A DNA stretch of 64,000 nucleotides from a virus. Taxonomy: Duplodnaviria > Heunggongvirae > Uroviricota > Caudoviricetes. Of the stretch, positions 27,105-36,092 are shown piece after piece (position 1 is the stretch's first letter; every line of letters starts with the position of its first letter). Under the pieces are notes generated by a model that was not told where the DNA came from, did not search any database, and was given only the letters and a program-made list of their open reading frames with translations. The position numbers and the translations under genes are program-made. The stretch lies in IMG/VR virus record IMGVR_UViG_3300018065_000012. One strand, 5' to 3'.

Positions 27105-28211
27105 ATGGGCGATAGCGTTTTAGACAAGGTAAAGAAGTTTCGAGAAAGTCGGCCAAAGGGTCAGAATTTCAAAAAGCAAAGGGACATTTTCTTCAAGTTT
27201 GAAGATGGCGACAACATCATTCGTCTGGTGGGAGAATTCTTGGAAGTAAAGACGCATTTTATTTCTCCAAACCATCAACGGGGTGATCGTGGCCTTTGCA
27301 TTTCGGAAGCGTTCAAAGGAGAAGGCAGATTGCCAAAAATGATCAATTGCCCGAATTGGGACATTGAAAATGAAAAGGCAAAAGAGGAGAAAACGTGCCC
27401 TATTTGCAAGCTTTGGCGCGTTGCGAAAAACGCGCTCAAAGAAGCAGGACAAGAAATTGAACCGCAGGACAAGCAGTTTCTTGAAAACCTTGTAAGCGAC
27501 GCAAGCGTTACCACGGCGTTGAAGTGGAACGTTATTGATCGTCGAAGCCCCAACGTTACAGAAGTTGATGATGCTGGCGTTGAAAAACAGGTTTTGGGGT
27601 ACAAGGTTGCGAACATAGGAATGGAAGCGTGGAACGATGTTGACGGGATTTTCAAGCAGCTAAAAGTTGATATTAGTGACGCTAAAGAAGGCGTTGATAT
27701 CAATATTATCAAAGGACACAACGGCGCTCGTGTTTGCTATTCTGCTGTTGCCGTTACACAGGGAATGAGCGTGAAACAAACGCCATTGACTGATGAAGAA
27801 AAGAAAATGACGCTTCATGACTTGCGTCGCATCGCGGGTCGCATGGTTGAACCTCAAAAAATCGTTGACGGTTTACATGATGACTTGCGGGAAATTCTTG
27901 AAAGCGCAGAGGGAGAGACAACGCCTTCAAGCGAAGAAGCTCCCGCAAGTGAAAGCGCGGTTACGAGCGAACCAGAATCTCAGGAAGAAAGTACGCCGGA
28001 AGAAGAGAAAGAAAAGCCGGAGAAAAAGAGAATGCCGCCGCTGAGTGAAGGTTTTGGCGATGACTTTTCCGACGATAAAGAAAAGGACAAAGAAAAGCCG
28101 ACTTGGGATTGTTTTGGAACGGTTGATGATCCAAGCCACGACGAGTGCGCAAAGTGTGACAGCCTTGCGGATTGCATCATTGAAGCAAAGAAACGCGCAA
28201 GCAAGGAATAA
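27105..28211 (+). CDS. Putative ssDNA-binding protein (Zn-binding Cys motif, acidic C-terminal tail)
   Basis: Position directly upstream of recA. Cys/His cluster (LCIS...INCPNW...CPICKLW) and acidic C-terminus (EGFGDDFSDDKEKD) reminiscent of gp32/SSB tails. The OB fold could not be verified by eye. Confidence 0.4.
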   Translation: MGDSVLDKVKKFRESRPKGQNFKKQRDIFFKFEDGDNIIRLVGEFLEVKTHFISPNHQRGDRGLCISEAFKGEGRLPKMINCPNWDIENEKAKEEKTCPICKLWRVAKNALKEAGQEIEPQDKQFLENLVSDASVTTALKWNVIDRRSPNVTEVDDAGVEKQVLGYKVANIGMEAWNDVDGIFKQLKVDISDAKEGVDINIIKGHNGARVCYSAVAVTQGMSVKQTPLTDEEKKMTLHDLRRIAGRMVEPQKIVDGLHDDLREILESAEGETTPSSEEAPASESAVTSEPESQEESTPEEEKEKPEKKRMPPLSEGFGDDFSDDKEKDKEKPTWDCFGTVDDPSHDECAKCDSLADCIIEAKKRASKE

Positions 28212-28219
28212 GGAAAACT

Positions 28220-28254
28220 GGGAAGGCTCAGTTTCTGAGCCTTCCCTTTTATTT
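28220..28254 (+). terminator. Rho-independent terminator
   Basis: Perfect 12-bp stem gggaaggctcag/ctgagccttccc with a ttt loop, followed by ttttattt. Confidence 0.7.
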
Positions 28255-28267
28255 ATGGGAGGAAGGG

Positions 28268-29431
28268 ATGGCTAAGGACAAGGATAAAAAGCGTGATAAA
28301 AAGCGCAGAGAACGCATCAAAAAACTTAAAGGCATCTGTGATAGTATCAACGGTGGTGATTTTGGGGGTGATAACAAAGACGCTGTTTTGTTCTTTGGCG
28401 ACGAAGATATTGAATCTGGAATTGAGTGGCTCCCCACGGGCGCAAAGACGTTGGATTGGGCTTTGGGCGGTGGTTGGCCTATGGGCCGCGTTTGTGCAGT
28501 ATACGGACCCGAGAGCGGTGGGAAATCGACCCTGTGTCTTCATGCAATTGCGGAGTTTCAAAAGAAATATACAGAGGATGAAGTCGCGATTGTTGATACT
28601 GAGTTCAGCTTTGACGTGGACTATGCAAAGAACCTTGGCGTAGATGTCGAGTTGCTTATGATTCACCAACCAGAGTCGGGCAATCAGGCGATGAACGTAA
28701 TTGATGAATTGATCGATAAAGGCACACGTCTGATTATTGTCGATAGTGTTGCAGCAATGACAACCGAAGCCGAATTGGAAGGTGATTATGGGGCTGCTCA
28801 TGTCGCAACACAAGCACGGTTGATGTCGCAAAGTTTGAAACGATTGGTTGGAAAAGTAAACAGGTCAAAAAGTTTGATTTTATTTACAAATCAGGTGCGA
28901 GAAAAGATTGGAGTCAAATGGGGGAAGAAAACGACAGAACCGGGCGGTCGTGCTTTGAAGTTTTACTCTTCTTGCCGCGTTGAGATTGTCGCAATTGGGA
29001 AAGACAAAGAAGGCGAAGAAGTAGTTTCAAACCGCATCAAGGCGACAGTAACAAAAAACAAAGTTGCGCCACCATTCCGCGTTGCCCAATTTGTAATAAC
29101 GTTTGGACACGGGATTGATCAAATCGCTGCAATTCTTGACGATGCTATTAACAAGAAGATTGTTGTTAAAAAGGGAGCGTGGTTCAGCCTTGGAAAAGGC
29201 GGGAAACCGCTTGGTCAAGGGCGAGGCAAGGTGCTTGACTTGATGCGTGCAGATGAAAACATTTTGAAAGAAATAGTAGAAAAGGCCGCAGCTACAGAAG
29301 CCCCAAAAGAAAAGACAGAAGAAACTGATTCAGAGCAGCCAGAGAAAAAAGCCCGGAAGCTTCCTACAGTCCCTTTTGATGATGAAAGTAATGATGATGA
29401 AGGAGAAGTCACCGTGGAGCCAGTTGAATGA
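28268..29431 (+). CDS. recA: RecA recombinase (bacterial RecA-like)
   Basis: GPESGGKSTL (cf. GPESSGKTTL), IIVDSVAAM (cf. IVVDSVAAL), GGRALKFYSS (cf. GGNALKFYAS), and a Lys-rich N-terminal extension. Confidence 0.9.
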   Translation: MAKDKDKKRDKKRRERIKKLKGICDSINGGDFGGDNKDAVLFFGDEDIESGIEWLPTGAKTLDWALGGGWPMGRVCAVYGPESGGKSTLCLHAIAEFQKKYTEDEVAIVDTEFSFDVDYAKNLGVDVELLMIHQPESGNQAMNVIDELIDKGTRLIIVDSVAAMTTEAELEGDYGAAHVATQARLMSQSLKRLVGKVNRSKSLILFTNQVREKIGVKWGKKTTEPGGRALKFYSSCRVEIVAIGKDKEGEEVVSNRIKATVTKNKVAPPFRVAQFVITFGHGIDQIAAILDDAINKKIVVKKGAWFSLGKGGKPLGQGRGKVLDLMRADENILKEIVEKAAATEAPKEKTEETDSEQPEKKARKLPTVPFDDESNDDEGEVTVEPVE

Positions 29432-30318
29432 ATCTACTTTTGATTGATGGAAATAATCTTGCCTTTCGAGTTCATTGGACGCACAAAAAACTAACATCAA
29501 AAGGCGTCCCAGTTTCTTTGCTCTATGGATTTTTCAGAAGCTTGGTTGCTTTGCGGAAAAAGTTTCCAAACTATTTTCCTGTTGTAGCTTGGGATGGCGG
29601 ATATGATCGGCGGTTAGCTGAATCAAAAATAGCAGTTGAAGAAGGTTTGATCCCTTCCGAATACAAGGCCAATCGAAAACGGGAACCAGACGAAGCACTG
29701 CCGCCGGATATTCAATGTATGTTTGAACAGCTGCCCGTGCTGAAGGAAGGTTTGAAATTTGCACGAGTAATGCAGGTTACGAGGAAAGGCGTTGAAGCCG
29801 ATGATATTATTTATACGTACGCAAAATACAATGATGAAAACGGCGGACTGAATGTTATTGTGACTTCTGATCAAGATTACTATCAAGTGCTTTCTGAAAA
29901 CACTCACGTCTATGACGCAATGAAAACTAATTATTGGACGCGCAAGGTTTTCATTGAAAACTTTGGATTTGAACCAGCGCTTTGGGTTGACGTAGGGGCG
30001 CTTGCTGGCGACAGTTCTGATAACATTCACGGAGTGCCCGGCGTTGGGGAAAAGTGGGCTGTAAAGTTTGTGAAGGAATATGGAGATGTTGATTGCGTCT
30101 TAAGTGGTTTGAGTTGCAAAGAGAAGCGCAAGAAAAAAGAACAGGCCGTTTTGGACAACGAAAAACGGTTGCGCGTTGCTCGGTCGTTGAAGAAAATGGA
30201 TAAGATTGACGCGTTACCGGGTTTGAAATGTGCGCCACGGAAAGCTGAGCCGTTGCTTCAATGGTTTGATCAATTCAGGTTTGAAACGTTGAAGCCTGAT
30301 GCGTGGAGATTACTATGA
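29428..30318 (+). CDS. 5'-3' exonuclease / flap endonuclease (Pol I 5' nuclease family)
   Basis: LLIDGNNLAFRVHW, VAWDGG, EYKANR, EADDIIY, VTSDQDYYQV, and H3TH GVPGVGEKWAVKFVKEYG. Confidence 0.85.
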   Translation: MNLLLIDGNNLAFRVHWTHKKLTSKGVPVSLLYGFFRSLVALRKKFPNYFPVVAWDGGYDRRLAESKIAVEEGLIPSEYKANRKREPDEALPPDIQCMFEQLPVLKEGLKFARVMQVTRKGVEADDIIYTYAKYNDENGGLNVIVTSDQDYYQVLSENTHVYDAMKTNYWTRKVFIENFGFEPALWVDVGALAGDSSDNIHGVPGVGEKWAVKFVKEYGDVDCVLSGLSCKEKRKKKEQAVLDNEKRLRVARSLKKMDKIDALPGLKCAPRKAEPLLQWFDQFRFETLKPDAWRLL

Positions 30319-30866
30319 CGGATGTTCGTTTAGGTATCATCGGGTCAGCAGGAACGGGTAAGTCAGGGCTTGGTTTGAGCGTTGCAAAAAAGTTGGATAT
30401 TCAATTTCTTGCAGCAAAAGACATTACACGCCCTATTCTTGAGAAAAAAGGTTATGATTGGTCCAGTGAAATTTTTGTCGAAAAATTCTTAGCTTTGGAA
30501 GTATGTCAAAAGGAAATCCTTGCAAAGACAGTAGAGACACAAAGCGAGTATTCGTCGTTTGTTACAGATAGAACAAGTATCGACCTTGCAGCATACGCAA
30601 TTCTTGAATTGCAAAAAGAAGTCGAGATAGTAGACGAGATAATTAACGCATGTCGTTCTCACGCAAATACTTACACACATTTGATTTTTTGTCCGTGGGG
30701 GATTGTACCAATTGAAGACAATAAAGTAAGGACTATAAATCCGTGGTATCAGTTTGCAGTACATAGCGTTATGATGGGAATCTTGATGGAATGGGACGTC
30801 CCTTTCAAGATTGTAAGCGGGACAGGGACCAGCCGCATCGATGATGTTTTGAGTTACGTCTCTTAA
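30315..30866 (+). CDS. P-loop NTPase, (d)NMP kinase-like
   Basis: Walker A GIIGSAGTGKSG. SD ggag 7 nt upstream of the ATG at 30315. Confidence 0.5.
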   Translation: MTDVRLGIIGSAGTGKSGLGLSVAKKLDIQFLAAKDITRPILEKKGYDWSSEIFVEKFLALEVCQKEILAKTVETQSEYSSFVTDRTSIDLAAYAILELQKEVEIVDEIINACRSHANTYTHLIFCPWGIVPIEDNKVRTINPWYQFAVHSVMMGILMEWDVPFKIVSGTGTSRIDDVLSYVS

Positions 30867-30962
30867 CTTAATACAATAATTTTTTTATATTTGCCTTTTT
30901 ATAGAGACATTCTGTAAAAGGGTTTTTTTATGTATTCGACGAACGCTAAAGGAGATTGAGAA

Positions 30963-31418
30963 ATGGATCGTATAAAGCTGGCTCGCGAGCTTGTCAAAAT
31001 TGCAAAGCGACTTGTGTCTATTCCGATGGCCGTCGTTGATGCGAATCCATCTCAACTCAGAAGCATTCGTGACAAGATTCAAAGCGCGTTTCATTTGGGA
31101 TCAGCAAAAATAGTTGATGAGTGGTATGGAACCGTCGTGAGTGAAAGAAACGTTAAAGAGCAGCGTGGTGTTTTGAAAAAAGGACCAGACCATAACAAGT
31201 ACTATTACGTAGTTGTTTTTGACGATATGGAAAGAAGCGAGCACTACGTCACAGCCGCAAGTTGGGGGCGTATTGGAAAGAAATACATCTCCGGACAACA
31301 TCGTCAATCAATTCTGTATAAAGGCCCAGACAAACGTGACGCAATTGCTGCGGCAAATAAAAAGATTAACGCCAAGAGAAAATACAAAAAGACCAAGTTT
31401 ATGCCTTGGGGTTTTTAA
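30963..31418 (+). CDS. WGR-domain protein
   Basis: NKYYYVVVFDDMERSEHYVTAASWGRIGKKYISGQHRQSILYKGPDKRDAIAAANKKINAKRKYKKT matches the WGR domain consensus (W-G-R-I-G ... Q ... A ... K ... GY/YK). Confidence 0.7.
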   Translation: MDRIKLARELVKIAKRLVSIPMAVVDANPSQLRSIRDKIQSAFHLGSAKIVDEWYGTVVSERNVKEQRGVLKKGPDHNKYYYVVVFDDMERSEHYVTAASWGRIGKKYISGQHRQSILYKGPDKRDAIAAANKKINAKRKYKKTKFMPWGF

Positions 31419-31786
31419 TGCGGCGAAGATTATTACAACCATTGCGAATGCAACGCGATTATGGTCTGCCGGAAGACGCAGATGAAGATGATGTTTTGTG
31501 CAACACTTTGGATGCAGAAATTCATCAGAAAATTGCAGACCCAAAGCATGAAACGAGAATTGCGAAATCTGTTTTTGAATCCTTTTTCTCAGAACGGATT
31601 GTAAAGACAAAACGCGAGGTTAGGATTATAGCTGGAAAAGGAAAGAACATCAAGGAAGCTTTTTACAACGCTCTCGCAAACGACGAGGACGAATACGGAA
31701 TCGATGGCGGCTGGAACGCTATCCAAAGAGTCTTCCAAACTAAAAAGCGGATTGGCAAATGGATGTTCAAAGTAGAATTTGAATGA
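31418..31786 (+). CDS. Hypothetical protein (122 aa)
   Basis: ATG overlapping the TAA of the WGR gene (taATG). Confidence 0.4.
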   Translation: MRRRLLQPLRMQRDYGLPEDADEDDVLCNTLDAEIHQKIADPKHETRIAKSVFESFFSERIVKTKREVRIIAGKGKNIKEAFYNALANDEDEYGIDGGWNAIQRVFQTKKRIGKWMFKVEFE

Positions 31787-31795
31787 GGTATTACG

Positions 31796-32218
31796 ATGTC
31801 AAGAAGGATGAGAGCGCAGTGGGAAAAGAAGCCAGAGGGTTGGAATAAAGAAAGCATGAAAAAGTATTGGGAAACCCTTACGGGCGATGTAAAGCACAAA
31901 GTTACAAAGTGTATCAAGAAAATAGAAGAATCGGATTCAGGAATTACTGATGCCGGTGCATTTTGTGCTTCTCTTGCGGATAAGATTGAGGGAACGGCTT
32001 GGCGTCATGAACCCCGCAAAAAAAGGACGAAAAAAGCCATGGAAAAAACAGCCATGAAAATCGCATTCGAGAGGATTGTCGATGAGTGTCCTGATTGCAT
32101 GATGACAGCAAATGCAATGGAAGAAGTTTGCAAATCTTGTGCAGAGAAAATGCGCAAGAACAACATAAAAGCGATTAAAGCTTCTGCCGTTCTTGATGCA
32201 CTCAGAATTGCTGAATAA
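31796..32218 (+). CDS. Hypothetical protein with C-terminal Cys pairs (140 aa)
   Basis: CPDCMM...CKSCAEK. Immediately upstream of the tubulin-like gene. A TubR-like role is possible but unproven. Confidence 0.4.
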   Translation: MSRRMRAQWEKKPEGWNKESMKKYWETLTGDVKHKVTKCIKKIEESDSGITDAGAFCASLADKIEGTAWRHEPRKKRTKKAMEKTAMKIAFERIVDECPDCMMTANAMEEVCKSCAEKMRKNNIKAIKASAVLDALRIAE

Positions 32219-32247
32219 TCCACCGTCTTTTTTGGCGGAGAATATAA

Positions 32248-33663
32248 ATGGAAAAGAATCTTTGGGAACGTAAAGGTATCATCGGCGGTCATGAAATCAA
32301 GCCTGATGACAATATTGATTCTGCCAATAAGGAGAATATGAAAATGGCAAAGGACAAGAAAGACTTAAAGCTTGATCCGAATTTTGGAGACGAATCGCAG
32401 GAGCAAAATATGCCAAAGAGCGAAGAAAAACCAACGGAGGAAATTGTAGAAGCGCCAGCAGCAGGACTGTTTGTTCCAAATATTCCAATGCCTGTAACGG
32501 CAGAGGAAAGCAAGGAAATAATTAAGGACCAGTGCGAAGTAGCGTTCAAGATTGCTTTTGTTGGTGCAGGTCAAGCTGGCGCGAGGATGGTTGAAGCGTT
32601 CTACAAACTTGGTTATCGCCGCGTTTGTGCTGTAAACACAACCAGTCAAGACCTTGTTGCAATTGATATCCCAGATGAAAACAAGTTTGTTATGGACATT
32701 GGGGAAGGCGGCGCAGGCAAGGAACCAGAGAAGGGCGAACAGGCAGTCAAAAAGCATTATGAGAACGTTTATGATCTGATGCGTCGGAGTTTTGGAAAAG
32801 ACTTCGAACGGATTATTGTTTGTATCGGCGCTGGGGGAGGAACGGGTAGTGGATCAATTGAAACATTGATCGATATTGCTCACGACATTGCAGAGTCTTT
32901 CAAACTGGAAGGCGGACCGGAACAGGTACCGGCTGTTGGCGCGTTGGTTTCAATGCCGATGTCCAATGAGAGTCAGAAAGTAAACGCTAACGCTTCAAAA
33001 GTTCTTGAGGTTCTTTTTGGACGTGTTGGAAAAGACAAAGGTGGAAGATTGTCTCAAAGGACGATGTCGCCATTGATAGTTGTCGACAATGACAGAATCA
33101 GCAAACTATATCCGGGGTTGCCAGTTACGCAGTTTTGGAGCGTCGCAAATCAAAGCATCAGTGGGCTATTCCACTTGTTTAACAACATTGCGGCTGCGAA
33201 AGGCGAAAATACAATTGCGACGTTTGACCGTGCAGATTTCGCAGATGTCCTCAAGAGTGGCGTAATTACATTTGGAGCAACACCATTGATCAAATGGCAG
33301 AACGAAACGGATATCAGTTTTGCAATCAGAGAGAATTTGAAGCATAACATTCTTGTTGCTGATATTGATTTAGGCTCTGCGGCTGTTGCAGCAGGCGTTG
33401 TAATTGGCAAGGACAAAATTTTGAATTCTGTCCCGCAAGATTATTTGAACCATGGATTTGAAATGCTTGGACGGATCATGAAAACAAATAGCGTTGTCCA
33501 TCGTGGAATCTATAAGTTGGGAGAAGCGATGGATAACGTAAAAGAACAGCCGGATTTAGTCGTTTACACAGCATTTGGAGAACTCGGAAAGCCAGACGCA
33601 AGAATGGAAGAAATTCAACGTCTTGGCGCAGTCGATCAACAAAACAGAATGCGTTTGAGATGA
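32248..33663 (+). CDS. Tubulin/FtsZ-family GTPase (PhuZ/TubZ-like)
   Basis: Glycine-rich loop FVGAGQAGARM and the tubulin signature IGAGGGTGSGS (GGGTGSG). An alternative start with a strong SD is at 32344 (aaggagaatATGaaaATG). Confidence 0.75.
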   Translation: MEKNLWERKGIIGGHEIKPDDNIDSANKENMKMAKDKKDLKLDPNFGDESQEQNMPKSEEKPTEEIVEAPAAGLFVPNIPMPVTAEESKEIIKDQCEVAFKIAFVGAGQAGARMVEAFYKLGYRRVCAVNTTSQDLVAIDIPDENKFVMDIGEGGAGKEPEKGEQAVKKHYENVYDLMRRSFGKDFERIIVCIGAGGGTGSGSIETLIDIAHDIAESFKLEGGPEQVPAVGALVSMPMSNESQKVNANASKVLEVLFGRVGKDKGGRLSQRTMSPLIVVDNDRISKLYPGLPVTQFWSVANQSISGLFHLFNNIAAAKGENTIATFDRADFADVLKSGVITFGATPLIKWQNETDISFAIRENLKHNILVADIDLGSAAVAAGVVIGKDKILNSVPQDYLNHGFEMLGRIMKTNSVVHRGIYKLGEAMDNVKEQPDLVVYTAFGELGKPDARMEEIQRLGAVDQQNRMRLR

Positions 33664-34613
33664 GCAAACTTACAAAAGAACTTGTCCGCATTGCAAATGA
33701 AATACTTGGGCCAGAAATGCCCAAGCGCCCATTTGGGAAAACTGGATTTGATGTTGGGATTTTCTCATTGGGCGGTCAAGGTTCTTTGGAAACTCAAGGT
33801 GGCGAGAAAAATTGCCGCGATATTATTAGACGCGCGTTTGATTTGGGGATCAATTATTTCGACACAGCACCGGCTTACGGGCCGTCGCAAAAGTTTTATG
33901 GTGAGGTGATTCCTGATTTCAGAGACGAGATTTTTCTCGCGACAAAAACAAACGAGCGCACAAGAGATAAGTCGCTTGAGCAACTTGAAGATTCATTGAA
34001 GACGCTCAAAACAGATTACATTGATCTTTGGCAGATTCATAACATTGGAAACATCGACGAAGTAAATCAAGTCACTGCAAAAGACGGTTCATTAAAAGCT
34101 TTGATTGAGATGCGCGAACAAGGCGTTGTGAAGCATCTTGGAATTACTGGGCATTCGCATCCAGAGCCATTGCTTGAATTGATGAGTCGATTTGATTTTG
34201 ATTCGGTACTTTGCCCTTGTAATCCTGCGGATGCGGCAATGGGCGATTCTTTTGAAGAAATGCTTATTCCAAAAGCAGACAGTCGCGGGATGGGCATTGT
34301 TGGAATGAAAGTATTTGCCCAAGGACGTATTTTTCATCCTGAAAGCGTTACAACTCCGTGGGAGACCGTTTCGTTCGCTTTGTCTCAACCAGTCAGTACG
34401 ATCATCGTAGGGCACGACACGCCGGAACAACTTGAAGAAAATGTAGCTATTGCAAAAGCGTTTCACAAATTAAGCGATAAACAACAAAAGGAAATTATAG
34501 GCAGGGCGTCAGATCATAAAGAACGGGGAGCTTTTTTCCGTAAAGAGTTTGGTGGTTATGATTCAGGGAAGAAATTCAAACGGCTCATGGTTCAAAGGCG
34601 AGGGAGGCTATAA
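33660..34613 (+). CDS. Aldo/keto reductase family oxidoreductase
   Basis: INYFDTAPAYGPSQKFYGE, FLATKT, DYIDLWQIHN, HLGITGHS. These are canonical AKR motifs. Confidence 0.8.
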   Translation: MSKLTKELVRIANEILGPEMPKRPFGKTGFDVGIFSLGGQGSLETQGGEKNCRDIIRRAFDLGINYFDTAPAYGPSQKFYGEVIPDFRDEIFLATKTNERTRDKSLEQLEDSLKTLKTDYIDLWQIHNIGNIDEVNQVTAKDGSLKALIEMREQGVVKHLGITGHSHPEPLLELMSRFDFDSVLCPCNPADAAMGDSFEEMLIPKADSRGMGIVGMKVFAQGRIFHPESVTTPWETVSFALSQPVSTIIVGHDTPEQLEENVAIAKAFHKLSDKQQKEIIGRASDHKERGAFFRKEFGGYDSGKKFKRLMVQRRGRL

Positions 34614-35032
34614 TGGCTGCTAATACCAGACTTGAATTTGAATTTGATGACAAAGAATATTACTTGCAAGACGCACCAGCGCAAGCAAGTCGTGATTGGT
34701 ACACTCCCGGAAAAGCTGCGCCAGCGACAATCAATGAGTCACAGAAGTTGGAACAAAATTGGCCGCGTGAATTTCCCGTGAAGACAGGCGTTCCGGCAGT
34801 TGACAATGCAGGCTTGGGACATGGCTTGGAACACATCCGTGTTGAAAAGACAGATCGTCAGATCGTTTGTGATCAAACAATTCCATCGATGGTTCCATTT
34901 ACGCATGGAACGCAAGTGCGCAGTGAAACGGGTCCGGGTTATTCTGGAACATACGTCTACACAAAAACAGATACGCAAAACAACGACGGCGAACAAGAGC
35001 GCAAAACAGGCGCGGAGCGCATTTACATTTAA
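34613..35032 (+). CDS. Hypothetical protein (139 aa)
   Basis: ATGA-type overlap with the upstream gene. Confidence 0.4.
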   Translation: MAANTRLEFEFDDKEYYLQDAPAQASRDWYTPGKAAPATINESQKLEQNWPREFPVKTGVPAVDNAGLGHGLEHIRVEKTDRQIVCDQTIPSMVPFTHGTQVRSETGPGYSGTYVYTKTDTQNNDGEQERKTGAERIYI

Positions 35033-35041
35033 GGGTGATCT

Positions 35042-35281
35042 ATGGCTGAACAAATTCCAGAGCAAAAAGATCGACACGGTGTAATGCCAATAGGAGGTTT
35101 ATTCATTTTACTTGGTATTGTATTGGCTGTTTTTCTTCCCATCCTTGTTTTTGTCGCCTTTCTGATTTTGAAATTGACAAGCATAGTTTCTTGGAGTTGG
35201 CTTTGGACTTGTAGTCCGTTGTGGTTAGGTATTCCAGTTGAAGCCTTGATCCTTCTTGTCAAGGAAAAGTTGTTTGATTGA
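35042..35281 (+). CDS. Small membrane protein (2 predicted TM helices)
   Basis: MPIGGLFILLGIVLAVFLPILVFVAFLILKL and LWTCSPLWLGIPVEALILLV. Confidence 0.45.
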   Translation: MAEQIPEQKDRHGVMPIGGLFILLGIVLAVFLPILVFVAFLILKLTSIVSWSWLWTCSPLWLGIPVEALILLVKEKLFD

Positions 35282-35676
35282 TGAAAGAACAACAGATAGC
35301 AAATAGGATCGCGCGTTCATACTTTTCAAAGCAACGCCCGCCTGATATGTTCAAAGGCGTTTTCTTTGACATAAAAGAACGTGCGAAAGAATATATCAAA
35401 GAGCAATCAACTAAAGCCATTGCTCATTTGTCTAATACATTGAAAGCAGATTTAGCGAAACGAGGTTTGAAGGGAACGGCTGATATTAAGTTGGGCCGGT
35501 TCAAAGGACATCCGTTTGTCACTTCTTCAAAGATCATCACTCAACCCACGCCGCCTTTTTCGGGGCCAGACGACCCACGCGTGCAAGAATTGCTTGCTTA
35601 TTTGCAGCAGAAATATAGCCCCAAATTCAAATTGAAGAAAATAATTGAGGGCGCAGCCGTTTTTAACGTAAGATAA
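35278..35676 (+). CDS. Hypothetical protein (132 aa)
   Basis: Overlapping start and stop with neighbouring genes. Confidence 0.4.
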   Translation: MMKEQQIANRIARSYFSKQRPPDMFKGVFFDIKERAKEYIKEQSTKAIAHLSNTLKADLAKRGLKGTADIKLGRFKGHPFVTSSKIITQPTPPFSGPDDPRVQELLAYLQQKYSPKFKLKKIIEGAAVFNVR

Positions 35677-35694
35677 ACTTTTCTGCTGTGAACT

Positions 35695-36060
35695 ATGAAA
35701 GAATTTTCCGTAGAACAAATCATAGAGATTATGCGTCGTTCGCTTGCGTCTGACGAATTTGCGTATCATATTGCGCCCTCATGGTTTGTTAGTGATACAT
35801 TCTATTTGACAAAAATCGACCCGCGTTTTCCCGGTATCCACATCGCTTCAAAATCAGGATTTTCACGTACCCCAAATGCTCCAATTATTGTCGAGAGGCG
35901 ATTCAGCCGTTTCACTTCGAAGTACATCGTGTTAGACGGTCAAAATAGGGTGGAATACGCCAGAAAGCACGCCGTTTCGAGCATCCCAGCCTACGTTGGG
36001 AACAAAGCCCTTGATGTCATTGAAGAAGCGACTGAATGGGCTAAAAATCAGAAAAAGTGA
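35695..36060 (+). CDS. Small ParB/Srx-fold-like protein (121 aa)
   Basis: YIVLDGQNRVEYARKHAVSSIPAYVG resembles the ParB N-domain DGxxRxxA...IP motif. Confidence 0.35.
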   Translation: MKEFSVEQIIEIMRRSLASDEFAYHIAPSWFVSDTFYLTKIDPRFPGIHIASKSGFSRTPNAPIIVERRFSRFTSKYIVLDGQNRVEYARKHAVSSIPAYVGNKALDVIEEATEWAKNQKK

Positions 36061-36077
36061 AAATTTTCTCGCCGTCG

Positions 36078-36087
36078 GTTGTATAAT
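36078..36087 (+). promoter_or_regulatory. Promoter-like motif GTTGTATAAT, copy 3. The -10 ends 6 nt before the ATG of the Mre11-like gene, implying a leaderless or very short leader transcript.
   Basis: Sequence cgtcgGTTGTATAATatagcATG. Confidence 0.4.
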
Positions 36088-36092
36088 ATAGC

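Noticed and set aside
27105-28211. Firm identification of the acidic-tailed protein as a T4 gp32-type SSB
   Set aside because: The Zn-ligand spacing does not match gp32 exactly, and an OB fold cannot be confirmed by eye. It is retained only as a positional, low-confidence call.
30891-30935. Possible intrinsic terminator (cctttt...aaaagg stem followed by ttttttt) after the kinase gene
   Set aside because: The stem is only about 6 bp and AT-rich, with a 17-nt loop. It is too weak to call and may simply be a T-rich spacer before the SD of the next gene.
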